Of a stretch of 64,000 bases of DNA, positions 28,529-42,459 are shown piece by piece. The stretch is taken from contig NC_092679.1 in NCBI RefSeq assembly GCF_964355755.1, forward strand, positions 8,710,201 through 8,774,200. The letters are read 5' to 3'. The notes below the pieces were generated by a model that was not told the DNA's origin, made no database searches, and saw nothing but the letters and a program-made list of their open reading frames with translations. The translations under genes and the position numbers were made by a program. Numbering within the stretch: the first letter of the stretch is position 1; each line of letters begins with the position of its first letter. Source of the stretch: Antedon mediterranea (lineage: Eukaryota; Animalia; Echinodermata).

Positions 28529-31500
28529 TTAAGCACTTTGATGTTTTTATGTTAACTAGTTTTTTCGAAAATCACAAAATGGTCTAAAACGTCTCCAAAT
28601 GTAATTTGAAGCTATTCTAAGCACTTGGGTGTTTTTATGTTAACAGTTTTTTCGAAAATCACAAAATGGTCTAAAACGTTTCCAAATGCGATTTGAAGCT
28701 ATTCTGTACACTTTGATGCTTTTATGGTAACAAGTTTTTTCAAAAATCACAAAATGGTCTAAAATGTCTCCAAATGCGATTTGAAGCTATTCTAAGCACT
28801 TTGGTGTTTTTATGGAAACAATTTTTTTCGAAAATCACAAAATGGTCTAAAACGTCTCCAATAGCAATTTGAAGCTTTTCTGTACACTTTGGTGTTTTTA
28901 TGTTAACAAGTTTTTTCGAAAATCACAAAATGGTCTAAAACGTCTCCCAATGCGATTTGAAGCTATTCTGTACACTTTGATGTTTTTATGTTAACAAGTT
29001 TTTTATAAAATCACAAAATGGTCTAAAACGTCTCCAAATGCGATTTGAAGCTATTCTGTACACTTTGATGTTTTTATGTTAACAAGTTTTTTCGAAAATC
29101 ACAAAATGGTCTAAAACGTCTCCAAATGCGATTTGAAGCTATTTTAAGCACTTTGGTGTTTTTGTGTTCACAAGTTTTTCGAAATGCTCAAAATGGTCTA
29201 AAACGTCTCCAAATGCGATTTGAAGCTATTCTAAGCACTTTGGTGTTTTTATGTTAACTAGTTTTTTCGAAAATCACAAAATGGTCTAAAACGTCTACAA
29301 ATGCGATTTGAAGCTATTCTGTACACTTTGATGTTTTTATGTTAACAAGTTTTTTCGAAAATCACAAAATGGTCTAAAACGTTTCCAAATGCGATTTGAA
29401 GCTATTCTGTACACTTTGATGTTTTGTGTGAAAATTTTCTGTCGAAATGCTCAAAATGGTCAAAAACGTTTTTAAATACGATATTAAGCTACTTTGTGCT
29501 CTTTGATGTTTTTGTGTGAAATGTTTTATCGAAATGCTCAAAATGGTCTAAAACGGTTTCTAATGTGATTTCAAGCACTTTGATGTTTTTGTATAACCAA
29601 GTTTTTCGAAAATCACAAAATTGTCTAAAACGTCTCCAAATGCAATTTGAAGCTATTCTGTACACTTTGATGTTTTTATGTTAACAAGTTTTTCGAAAAT
29701 CACAAAATGGTCTAAAACGTCTCCAAATGCGATTTTAAGCTATTCTAAGCACTTTGGTGTTTTTATGTTAACAAGTTTTTCGAAAATCACAAAATTGTCT
29801 AAAACGTCTCCAAATGCGATTTGAAGCTATTCTGTACACTTTGATGTTTTTATGTTAACAACTTTTTTCGAAAATCACAAAATGGTCTAAAATGTCTCCA
29901 AAATGCGATTTGAAGTTATTCTAAGCACTTTGGTGTTTTTATCGAAACAATTTTTTTCGAAAATCACAAAATGGTCTAAAACGTCTCCAATAGCGATTTG
30001 AAGCTTTTCTGTACCCTTTGGTGTTTTTATGTTAACAAGTTTTTTCGAAAATCACAAAATGGTCTAAAACGTCTACAAATGCGATTTGAAGCTATTCTAA
30101 GCACTTTTGTGTTTTTATGTTAACAAGTTTTTTCGAAAATCACAAAATGGTCTAAAACGTCTGCAAATGCGATTTGAAGCTATTCTTAGCACATTGGTGT
30201 TTTTATTTAAACAAATTTTTTCGAAACTCACAAAATGGTCTAAAACGTCTCCAAATGCGATTGCAAGCTATTTTAAGCACTTTGGTATTTTTGTGTTAAC
30301 AAGTTTTTCGAAATGCTCAAAATGGTCTAAAACGTTTTTTACACGATATTAAGCTATTTTGTGCTCTTTGATTTTTTTTGTGAAAAGTTTTAGCGAAATG
30401 CTCAAAATGGTCTAAAACGATTTCTAATGTGATTTTAAGGACTTTGATGTTTTTATGTTAACTAGTTTTTTCGAAAATCACAAAATGGTCTAAAACGTCT
30501 CCAAATGCGATTTGAAGCTATTTTAAGCACTTAGGTGCTTTTGTGTAACCAAGTTTTTTCGAAAATCACAAAAAGGTCTAAAATGTCTCCAAATGTGATT
30601 TGAAGCTATTTTAAGCACTTTGGTGTTTTTGTGTTAACAAGTTTTTCGAAAATCACAAAATTGTCTAAAACGTCTCCAAATGCGATTTGAAGCTATTCTG
30701 TACACTTTGATGTTTTTATGTTAACAAGTATTTTAGAAAATCACAAAATGGTCTATAATGTCTCTAAATGCGATTTGAAGCTATTCTAAGCACTTTGGTG
30801 TTTTTATGTTAACAAGTTTTTTCGAAAATCACAAAATGGTCTAAAACGTCTCCAAATGCGATTTGAAGCTATTTTAAGCACTTTGGTGTTTTTGTGTTAA
30901 CAAGTTTTTCGAAATGCTCAAAATGGTCTAAAACGTCTCCAAATGCGATTTGAAGCTATTCTAAGCACTTTGGTGTTTTTATGTTAACAAGTTTTTTCGA
31001 AAATCACAAAATGGTCTAAAACGTCTCCAAATGCGATTTGAAGCTATTCTGTACACTTTGATGTTTTTATGTTAACAAGTTTTTTCGAAAATCACAAAAT
31101 GGTCTAAAACGTTTCCAAATGCGATTTGAAGCTATTCTGTACACTTTGATGTTTTGTGTGAACATTTTCTGTCGAAATGCTCAAAATGGTCAAAAACGTT
31201 TTTAAATACGATATTAAGCTACTTTGTGCTCTTTGATGTTTTTGTGTGAAATGTTTTATCGAAATGCTCAAAATGGTCTAAAACGGTTTCTAATGTGATT
31301 TCAAGCACTTTGATGTTTTTGTGTAACCAAGTTTTTCGAAAATCACAAAATTGTCTAAAACGTCTCCAAATGCGATTTGAAGCTATTCTGTACACTTTGA
31401 TGTTTTTATGTTAACAAGTATTTTAGAAAATCACAAAATGGTCTATAATGTCTCTAAATGCGATTTGAAGCTATTCTAAGCACTTTGGTGTTTTTATGTT

Positions 31501-34500
31501 AACAAGTTTTTTCGAAAATCACAAAAGGGTCTAAAACGTCTCCAAATGCGATTTGAAGCTATTTTAAGCACTTTGGTGTTTTTGTGTTAACAAGTTTTTC
31601 GAAATGCTCAAAATGGTCTAAAACGTATCCAAATGCGATTTGAAGCTATTCTAAGCACTTTGGTGTTTTTATGTTAACAAGTTTTTTCGAAAATCACAAA
31701 ATGGTCTAAAACGTCTCCAAATGCGATTTGAAGCTATTCTGTACACTTTGATGTTTTTATGTTAACAAGTTTTTTCGAAAATCACAAAATGGTCTAAAAC
31801 GTTTCCAAATGCGATTTGAAGCTATTCTGTACACTTTGATGTTTTGTGTGAAAATTTTCTGTCGAAATGCTCAAAATGGTCAAAAACGTTTTTAAATACG
31901 ATATTAAGCTACTTTGTGCTCTTTGATGTTTTTGTGTGAAATGTTTTATCGAAATGCTCAAAATGGTCAAAAACGGTTTCTAATGTGATTTCAAGCACTT
32001 TGATGTTTTTGTGTAACCAAGTTTTTCGAAAATCACAAAATTGTCTAAAACGTCTCCAAATGCGATTTGAAGCTATTCTGTACACTTTGATGTTTTTATG
32101 TTAACAAGTTTTTTCGAAAATCACAAAATGGTCTAAAACGTCTCCAAATGCGATTTGAAGCTATTCTGTACACTTTGATGTTTTTATGTTAACAAGTTTT
32201 TTTGAAAATCACAAAATGTTCTAAAACGTCTCTAAATGCGATTTGAAGCTTTTCTGTACACTTTGATGTTTTTATGTTAACAACTTTTTTCGAAAATCAC
32301 AAAATGGTCTAAAATGTCTCCAAATGCGATTTGAAGCTATTCTAAGCACTTTGGTGTTTTTATGGAAACAATTTTTTTCGAAAATCACAAAATGGTCTAA
32401 AACGTCTACAATAGCGATTTGAAGCTTTTCTGTACACTTTGGTGTTTTTATGTTAACAAGTTTTTTCGAAAATCACAAAATGGTCTAAAACGTCTCCAAA
32501 TGCGATTTGAAGCTATTTTAAGCACTTTGGTGTTTTTATCTTAACAAGTTTTTTAGAAAATCACAAAATGGTCTAAAACGTCTCCAAATGCGATTTGAAG
32601 CTATTCTAAGCACTTTGGTGTTTTTATGTTAACAAGTTTTTTCAAAAATCACAAAACGGTCTAAAACGTCTCCAAATGCGATTTGAAGCTATTCTGTACA
32701 CTTTGATGTTTTTATGTTAACAAGTTTTTTCAAAAATCACAAAATGGTCTAAAACGTTTCCAAAAGGGATTTGAAGCTATTCAAATAGCATTTGATGTTT
32801 TGTGTGAAAATTTTCTGTCGAAATGCTCAAAATGGTCAAAAACGTTTTTAAATACGATATTAAGCTACTTTGTGCTCTTTGATGTTTTTGTGTGAAAAGT
32901 TTTATCGAAATGCTCAAAATGGTCTAAAACGGTTGCTAATGTGATTTCAAGCACTTTGATGTTTTTGTGTAACCAAGTTTTTCGAAAATCACAAAATTGT
33001 CTAAAACGTCTCCAAATGCGATTTGAAGCTATTCTGTACACTTTGATGTTTTTATGTTAACAAGTTTTTTCGAAAATCACAAAAGAGTCTAAAATATCTC
33101 GAAATGCGATTTGAAGCTAATCTTAGCACATTGGTGTTTTTATGTTAACAAGTTTTTTCGAAAATCACAAAATGGTCTAAAACGACTCCAAATGCGATTT
33201 GAAGCTATTCTGTATACTTTGGTGTTTTTATGTTAACAAGTTTTTTCGAAAATCACAAAATGGTCTAAAACGTCTCCAAATGCGATTTGAAGCTATTCTG
33301 TACACTTTGATGTTTTTATGTTAACTAGTTTTTTCGAAAATCACAAAATGGTCTAAAACGTCTACAAATGCGATTTGAAGCTATTCTGTACACTTTGATG
33401 TTTTTATGTTAACAAGTTTTTTCGAAAATCACAAAATGGTCTAAAACGTTTCCAAATGCGATTTGAAGCTATTCTGTACACTTTGATGTTTTGTGTGAAA
33501 ATTTTATATCGAAATGCTCAAAATGGTCAAAAACGTTTTTAAATACGATATTAAGCTACTTTGTGCTCTTTGATGTTTTTGTGTGAAATGTTTTATCGAA
33601 ATGCTCAAAATGGTCTAAAACGGTTTCTAATGTGATTTCAAGCACTTTGATGTTTTTGTATAACCAAGTTTTTTCGAAAATCACAAAATGGTCTAAAACG
33701 TCTCCAAATGCGATTTGAAGCTATTCTGTACACTTTGATGTTTTTATGTTAACAAGTTTTTTCGAAAATCACAAAATGGTCTAAAACGTCTCCAAATGCG
33801 ATTTGAAGCTATTCTGTACACTTTGATGTTTTTATGTTAACAAGTTTTTTCGAAAATCACAAAATGGTCTAAAACGTTTCCAAATGCGATTTGAAGCTAT
33901 TCTGTACACTTTGATGTTTTGTGTGAAAATTTTCTGTCGAAATGCTCAAAATGGTCAAAAACGTTTTTAAATACGATATTAAGCTACTTTGTGCTCTTTG
34001 ATGTTTTTGTGTGAAATGTTTTATCGAAATGCTCAAAATGGTCTAAAACGGTTTCTAATGTGATTTCAAGCACTTTGATGTTTTTGTGTAACCAAGTTTT
34101 TCGAAAATCACAAAGTTGTCTAAAACGTCTCCAAATGCGATTTGAAGCTATTCTGTACACTTTGATGTTTTTATGTTAACAAGTTTTTCGAAAATCACAA
34201 AATGGTCTAAAACGTCTCCAAATGCGATTTTAAGCTATTCTAAGCACTTTGGTGTTTTTATGTTAACAAGTTTTTTTGAAAATCACAAAATGGTCTAAAA
34301 CGTCTCTAAATGCGATTTGAAGCTTTTCTGTACACTTTGATGTTTTTATGTTAACAACTTTTTTCGAAAATAACAAAATGGTCTAAAATGTCTCCAAATT
34401 TTCTGTCGAAAACCTCAAAATGGTCAAAAACGTTTTTAAATACGATATTAAGCTATTTTGTGCTCTTTGATGTTTTTGTGCGAAAAGTTTTATCGAAATA

Positions 34501-37500
34501 CTCAAAATGGTCTAAAACGGATTCTAATGTGATTTTAAGCACTTTGATGTTTTTGTGTAACCAAGTTTTTTCGAAAATCACAAAATGGTCTAAAATGTCT
34601 CCAAATGCGATTTGAAGCTATTCTAAGCACTTTGGTGTTTTTATGGAAACAATTTTTTTCTAAAATCACAAAATGGTCTAAAACGTCTCCAATAGCAATT
34701 TGAAGCTTTTCTGTACACTTTGGTGTTTTTATGTTAACAAGTTTTTTCGAAAATCACAAAATGGTCTAAAACGTCTCCAAATGCGATTTGAAGCTATTCT
34801 GTACACTTTGATGTTTTTATGTTAACAAGTTTTTTATAAAATCACAAAATGGTCTAAAACGTCTCCAAATGCGATTTGAAGCTATTCTGTACACTTTGAT
34901 GTTTTTATGTTAACAAGTTTTTTCGAAAATCACAAAAGGGTCTAAAATGTCTCGAAATGCGATTTGAAGCTATTCTAAGCACTTTGGTGTTTTTATGTTA
35001 ACAAGTTTTTTCGAAAATCACAAAATGGTCTAAAACGTCTCCAAATGCGATTTGAAGCTATTCTAAGCACTTTGGTGTTTTTATGTTAACAAGTTTTTTC
35101 GAAAATCACAAAATGGTCTAAAACGTCTCCAAATGCGATTTGAAGCTATTTTAAGCACTTTGGTGCTTTTGTGTAACCAAGTTTTTTCGAAAATCACGAA
35201 ATGGTCTAAAACGTCTCCAAATGCGATTTGAAGCTATTCTAAGCACTTTGGTGTTTTTATGTTAACAAGTTTTTTCGAAAATCACAAAATGGTCTAAAAC
35301 GTCTCCAAATGCGATTTGAAGCTATTCTGTACACTTTGATGTTTTTATGTTAACAAATTTTTTCAAAAATCACCAAATGGTCTAAAACGTCTACAAATGC
35401 GATTTGAAGCTATTCTGTACACTTTGATGTTTTTATGTTAACAAGTTTTTCGAAATGCTCAAAATGGTCTAAAACGTCTCCAAATGCGATTTGAAGCTAT
35501 TCTAAGCACTTTGGTGTTTTTATGGAAACAATTTTTTTCGAAAATCACAAATTGGTCTAAAACGTCTCCAATAGCGATTTGAAGCTTTTCTGTACACTTT
35601 GGTGTTTTTATGTTAACAAGTTTTTTCGAAAATCACAAAATGGTCTAAAACGTCTCCAAATGCGATTTGAAGCTATTCTGTACACTTTGATGTTTTTATG
35701 TTAACAAGTTTTTTCGAAAATCACAAAATGGTCTAAAACGTCTAGAAATGCGATTTGAAGCTATTCTGTACACTTTGATGTTTTTATGTTAAGTTTTTTT
35801 GAAAATCACAAAATGGTCTAAAACGTTTCCAAATGCGATTTGAAGCTATTCTCTACACTTTGATGTTTTGTGTGAAAATTTTCTGTCGAAATGCTCAAAA
35901 TGGTCAAAAACGTTTTTAAATACGATATTAAGCTACTTTGTGCTCTTTGATGTTTTTGTCTGAAATATTTTATCGAAATGCTCAAAATGGTCTAAAACGG
36001 TTTCTAATGTGATTTCAAGCACTTTGATGTTTTTGTGTTACCAAGTTTTTCGAAAAACACAAAATTGTCTAAAACGTCTCCAAATGCGATTTGAAGCTAT
36101 TCTGTACACTTTGATGTTTTTATGTTAACAAGTTTTTCTAAAATCACAAAATGGTCTAAAACGTCTCCAAATGCGATTTTAAGCTATTCTAAGCACTTTG
36201 GTGTTTTTATGTTAACAAGTTTTTTTGAAAATCACAAAATGGTCTAAAACGTCTTTAAATGCGATATGAAGCTTTTCTAAGCACTTTGGTGTTTTTATGG
36301 AAACAATTTTTTTCGAAAATCACAAAATGGTCTAAAACGTCTCCAAATGTGATTTGAAGCTATTCTGTACACTTTGATGTTTTTATGCTAACAAATTTTT
36401 TCGAAAATCACAAAATGGTCTAAAACGTCTACAAATGCGATTTGAAGCTAATCTGTACACTTTGATGTTTTTATGTTAACAAGTTTTTTCGAAAATCACA
36501 AAATGGTCTAAAACGTTTCCAAATGCGATTTGAAGCTATTCTGTACACTTTGATGTTTTGTGTGAAAATTTTCTGTCGAAATGCTCAAAATGGTCAAAAA
36601 CGTTTTTAAATACGATATTAAGCTACTTTGTGCTCTTTGATGTTTTTGTGTGAAATGTTTTATCGAAATGCTCAAAATGGTCTAAAACGGTTTCTAATGT
36701 GATTTCAAGCACTTTGATGTTTTTGTGTAACCAAGTTTTTCGAAAATCACAAAATTGTCTAAAACGTCTCCAAATGCGATTTGAAGCTATTCTGTACACT
36801 TTGGTGTTTTTATGTTAACAAGTTTTTTCGAAAATCACAAAATGGTCTAAAACGTCTCCAAATGCGATTTAAAGCTATTTTAAGCACTTTTGTGTTTTTG
36901 TGTAACCAAGTTTTTTCGAAAATCACAAAATGGTCTAAAACGTCTCCAAATGCGATTTGAAGCTATTCTAAGCACTTTGGTGTTTTTATGTTAACAAGTT
37001 TTTTGGAAAATCACAAAATGGTATAAAACGTCTCCAAATGCGATTTGAAGCTATTCTAAGCACTTTGGTGTTTTTATGTTAACAAGTTTTTTCGAAAATC
37101 ACAAAATGGTCTAAAACGTCTCCAAATGCGATTTAAAGCTATTTTAAGCACTTTGGTGTTTTTGTGTTAACAAGTTTTTCGAAATGCACAAAATGGTCTA
37201 AAACGTCTCCAAATGCGATTTGAAGCTATTCTAAGCACTTTGGTGTTTTTATGTTAACAAGTTTTTTCGAAAATCACAAAATGGTCTAAAACGTCTCCAA
37301 ATGCGATTTGAAGCTATTCTGTACACTTTGATGTTTTTATGTTAACAAGTTTTTTCGAAAATCACAAAATGGTCTAAAACGTCTACAAATGCGATTTGAA
37401 GCTATTCTAAGCACTTTTGTGTTTTTATTTAAACAAATTTTTTCGAAACTCACAAAATGGTCTAAAACGTCTCCAAAGGCGATTTGAAGCTATTTTAAGC

Positions 37501-39546
37501 ACTTTGGTATTTTTGTGTTACCAAGTTTTTCGAAATGCTCAAAATGGTCTAAAACGTTTTAAACACGATATTAAGCTATTTTGTGCTCTTTGATGTTTTT
37601 TTGTGAAAAGTTTTAGCGAAATGCTCAGAATGGTCTAAAACGATTTCTAATGTGGTTTTAAGGACTTTGATGTTTTTATGTTAACTAGTTTTTTCGAAAA
37701 TCACAAAATGGTCTAAAACGTCTCCAAATGCGATTTGAAGCTATTTTAAGCACTTAGGTGCTTTTGTGTAACTCAGTTTTTTCGAAAATCATAAAAAGGT
37801 CTAAAATGTCTCCAAATGTGATTTGAAGCTATTTTAAGCACTTTGGTGTTTTTGTGTTAACAAGTTTTTCGAAAATCACAAAATTGTCTAAAACGTCTCC
37901 AAATGCGATTTGAAGCTATTCTGTACACTTTGATGTTTTTATGTTAACAAGTTTTTTAGAAAATCACAAAATGGTCTAAAATGTCTCCAAATGCGATTTG
38001 AAGCTATTCTAAGCACTTTGGTGTTTTTATGTTAACAAGTTTTTTCGAAAATCACAAAATGGTCTAAAACGTCTCCAAATGCGATTTGAAGATATTTTAA
38101 GCACTTTGGTGTTTTTGTGTTAACAAGTTTTTCGAAATGCTCAAAATGGTCTAAAACGTCTCCAAATGCGATTTGAAGCTATTCTAAGCACTTTGGTGTT
38201 TTTATGTTAACAAGTTTTTTCGAAAATCACAAAATGGTCTAAAACGTTTCCAAATGCGATTTGAAGCTATTCTGTACACTTTGATGTTTTGTGTGAAAAT
38301 TTTCTGTCGAAATGCTCAAAATGGTCAAAAACGTTTTTAAATACGATATTAAGCTACTTTGTGCTCTTTGATGTTTTTGTGTGAAATGTTTTATCGAAAT
38401 GCTCAAAATGGTCTAAAACGGTTTCTAATGTGATTTCAAGCACTTTGATGTTTTTGTGTAACCAAGTTTTTCGAAAATCACAAAATTGTCTAAAACGTCT
38501 CCAAATGCGATTTGAAGCTATTCTGTACACTTTGATGTTTTTATGTTAACAAGTTTTTCGAAAATCACAAAATGTTCTAAAACGTCTCCAAATGCGATTT
38601 TAAGCTATTCTAAGCACTTTGGTGTTTTTATGGTAACAAGTTTTTTTGAAAATCACAAAATGGTCTAAAACGTCTCTAAATGCGATTTGAAGCTTTTCTG
38701 TACACTTTGATGTTTTTATGTTAACAAGTTTTTTCGAAAATCACAAAATGGTCTAAAATGTCTCCAAATGCGATTTGAAGCTATTCTAAGCACTTTGGTG
38801 TTTTTATGGAAACAATTTTTTTCGAAAATCACAAAATGGTCTAAAACGTCTCCAAATGTGATTTGAAGCTATTCTGTACACTTTGATGTTTTTATGTTAA
38901 CAAGTTTTTTCGAAAATCACAAAATGGTCTAAAACGTCTACAAATGCGATTTGAAGCTAATCTGTACACTTTGATGTTTTTATGTTAACAAGTTTTTTCG
39001 AAAATCACAAAATGGTCTAAAACGTTTCCAAATGCGATTTGAAGCTATTCTGTACACTTTGATGTTTTGTGTGAAAATTTTCTGTCGAAATGCTCAAAAT
39101 GGTCAAAAACGTTTTTAAATACGATATTAAGCTACTTTGTGCTCTTTGATGTTTTTGTGTGAAATGTTTTATCGAAATGCTCAAAATGGTCTAAAACGGT
39201 TTCTAATGTGATTTCAAGCACTTTGATGTTTTTGTGTAACCAAGTTTTTCGAAAATCACAAAGTTGTCTAAAACGTCTCCAAATGCGATTTGAAGCTATT
39301 CTGTACACTTTGATGTTTTTATGTTAACAAGTTTTTCGAAAATCACAAAATGGTCTAAAACGTCTCCAAATGCGATTTTAAGCTATTCTAAGCACTTTGG
39401 TGTTTTTATGTTAACAAGTTTTTTTGAAAATCACAAAATGGTCTAAAACGTCTCTAAATGCGATTTGAAGCTTTTCTGTACACTTTGATGTTTTTATGTT
39501 AACAACTTTTTTCGAAAATCACAAAATGGTCTAAAATGTCTCCAAA
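28529..39546 (+). repeat. 88-bp tandem satellite array, segment 2
   Basis: Same monomer and variants, same orientation; resumes in register after the TTAA duplication. Confidence 0.98.
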
Positions 39547-39673
39547 TAGGCCATAAGCAGTAGCTCAAAAGATGCCTAGAACATGGATTTCGTTCCCACC
39601 TCTTGGATCTACATTTTGAAAGTTGATATTGTGAAATGAATATGTTACACATACTATATCAAAAGTTCTCCAT
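39547..39673 (+). repeat. Left modular terminal inverted repeat of the 3.25-kb element
   Basis: Blocks TAGGCCATAAGCAGTA (39547-39562), TCGTTCC (39590-39596), TGGATCTACA (39604-39613) and ATATCAAAAGTTCTCCAT (39656-39673), each with an exact inverted copy at the right end. Confidence 0.9.
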
Positions 39674-39984
39674 GAAATACTTGTACACTTTTGAGCAATG
39701 GCCTCTCAAAGGTACCCCACTACTGCAAAAAAGGCACTTTTTGAGGTCTGGAGGTACTTTTATGGACCAATATCTTTAAAAGTCTTTGTCCAAATGCAAT
39801 TGTCTTTTCTCTGTGAGTAGTCCAGTATATTTTGAACACTTATCCAAAATTTAAAATTTAAAAAATAAGTATTTTGTATGTGAGGAAAACTGAAAAATTA
39901 CAATTATTTAGTTGTAATTGCACTTTTCAAGATGTTTAAGACACAATATCTTCGTAACTAATTGACATACCATATTTATATTTT

Positions 39985-40672
39985 TTCCTCAACTATTTGA
40001 GAGGGTTGTTAAACAAGATTCAAAGTTTCAGCTTGTCAGCTTCAGGGAGGTTTTATTTATGAAGATGCAAAAACTGAGATTTGGCCAACTTTATAGATAA
40101 TTTTAATATCTTTTAGTCGTTTTTTGAGCAGTTATATTTTAATAATCAACTCTCACTATGTATTTATATTCATGCAATGTGTATCCTAGTGAGTTAGTGA
40201 CACACAAGTGAAGTTTCAACGCAAAAGAAATTATTATGCAATAATATGATAGTAACTTACATTGCATTTTTTTTGTTTTTAGTGCCAATTTTGTGTGAAC
40301 TCTACTCAAACCGTAAAAGGCGCCTGAATAAATACTATGCCTTTTCTGTACAACTACCCGAGAGGGTTGATAAACAACCTTTTCAAACCAGCTTGATAAT
40401 TTTTTTTATATAGGAAGATGCACTGCACCAGCTGAGAATTTGCTAATTTTATAGATAATTTTGATGTTTTATTTGTTTTTGAGGAGTACGTAAGCCTAAA
40501 TGATTTCTTAGAAAGTGACTTGCCATAATAATATTTATATTCATGCAATGGGTATGCTAGTAGGTTAGTGACACCTGAGTAAATTTTCAACACAAACAAT
40601 AAATGATTATGCAAATAACTTATTTATTGTAACTTAAATATTGCATTTTTTAGGAGTTTTTAGTGCCAATTT
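39985..40672 (+). repeat. Diverged internal tandem duplication (about 360-380 bp period) within the 3.25-kb element
   Basis: Collinear shared blocks at about 39990-40292 and 40351-40672: CAACTA..GAGAGGGTTG.TAAACAA, CAGCTTG, GAAGATGCA, TTTATAGATAATTTT, TATTTATATTCATGCAATG, GTTAGTGACAC, ATTATGCAA, ATTGCATTTTTT, TTTTTAGTGCCAATTT. Confidence 0.85.
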
Positions 40673-42459
40673 AGGCCAGGAGCTTCCATAAAAACAACCC
40701 ATTTTTTTAATTTTTCTGTGAAACACCAGATAAGTAGGCCTGCCAGCCCATTTTTACTGTTTTTATATTGATAACATGAATGTAACTCTTGTGGAGAGAA
40801 CTATTATTGTTGATAATGATATGAGATGGACATATATACACACAATATACAACAAATACCTTGTAATGTATTTTCATTTATTTATTTTTTGTTTCTTTTG
40901 GATTTGTGTTTTTTTTACAACCCTACATGTTGCCCAATATACAATGTATATAATCCTACTCTTCTCTAGATACGTTGTACCAGCATAACTAGTAGTCAAG
41001 TAGAAAATTGTCAATTTCAGGTGCGGCATGGCCAGTGTACAATGGAAATAGCAAATATACTTTAACTAATTAATAAGTAATAATTACTATGTGGAATATC
41101 CTTCATATACAGTATGTACATACTACGTGGTAGGTAGGTACAATTAAACATAGATTCAGCAACATTTGCAGTAAGTATTTTACATTCAGCCAGTTGATGG
41201 TTTTGAAGTTTATGAAAAATTCAAGATGATGACAATTGTTTTGAAGCTGGTATCATTTCTGTAACAAATAATCCAGAATAGATTATCTAATTTATATCGA
41301 TTACTTAATATTTTAGTTAAACTGAATATTATTAAATTACAATGAATCTTTTTGGTTTTATATTTAAAAATTAGTTCAGATTTGTGGTAAACCATACACA
41401 GAAATGTTGAAATATTCTCAACTTTACTTACTCTACCACACACTTTCCATTACTATATAGGCTAGTGTTTATTGACAATGCAACCTGGTATATAAAACAT
41501 TTTTAAAGTAATGGATGTTTTTCAGCTATTTCTTGCATTCATTACTATTTTTAACTTTCATTACTAATTTTACTACTATTGTATATAATTATAACAAAAC
41601 ATAAATCATTTGGCATTTCTCATCTCTACATTAAAAAAGGATCCAAAACTTACTAGAATCAGTGAACGTGTTCAGCATTTTTGTGCCTCCTTTTCACTAG
41701 ACAAGCTAGACATAAATAATTGAAGATAAATTGAATTGAATGAAATGATACAGTTGAAATGAAATAAATTATTTTAAATTAAAATTAAGCATTTATAAAT
41801 AAAAATAATACCGGGCTGATGTATGAATACTAGGCCTAGTCTTCGGACCAGGCCATCAAAATGAATGCATAATACTAAATAGGATAGCCTAGGTACAGTA
41901 TAGGGAAAGCCTGCTTACTAGGCCAGACCAAATTAATTATTTCAAACAATTGTAATTATTAATAATAATAAATAATAATATATTAATTTTAATGTGTATT
42001 TATTGTGTTAATTCAAAATGTACTAAAATTATGCTATCCTCACCTGTGTCTTTGTATTCCGTTTGTCGCCGTTTTAACTTAATAATAGCCCATTAAGTTA
42101 TAGTTTAGTAGCAGGTCTAACTGTACTGTGCTGCTGCTGGGCCTACCTAGCCTATGCCATCTTGAGAGTAGCCTAGTATACACCTCCAGACCTAGGCTAG
42201 TGTGATACCTTAAGCCTTTAGGCTAGAGCCTAAAGACGTAGCTAGCTAGCCTAGCCTTTCTGTACGAATATTATTAATATAGCACACTGGTTTAAGTGGT
42301 AACATTCTAAAAATCCCATTTCCTATATGAGCAGGAGACTATTTCAATACAATAGGATGATCATAAGATGCATCATTTCTTCGTTTACAGTAGCATTTGT
42401 TCGGTGGGGAATCAAACAAATTCTCCTCCACGTCTAGCTCCATTCATCATGATTGAATA

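Noticed and set aside
40354-41443. Three short ORFs (70-86 aa) inside the 3.25-kb element
   Set aside because: Short, with AT-driven composition (F/I/K/Y/L-rich) and no recognisable DDE, THAP, zinc-finger or helicase motif.
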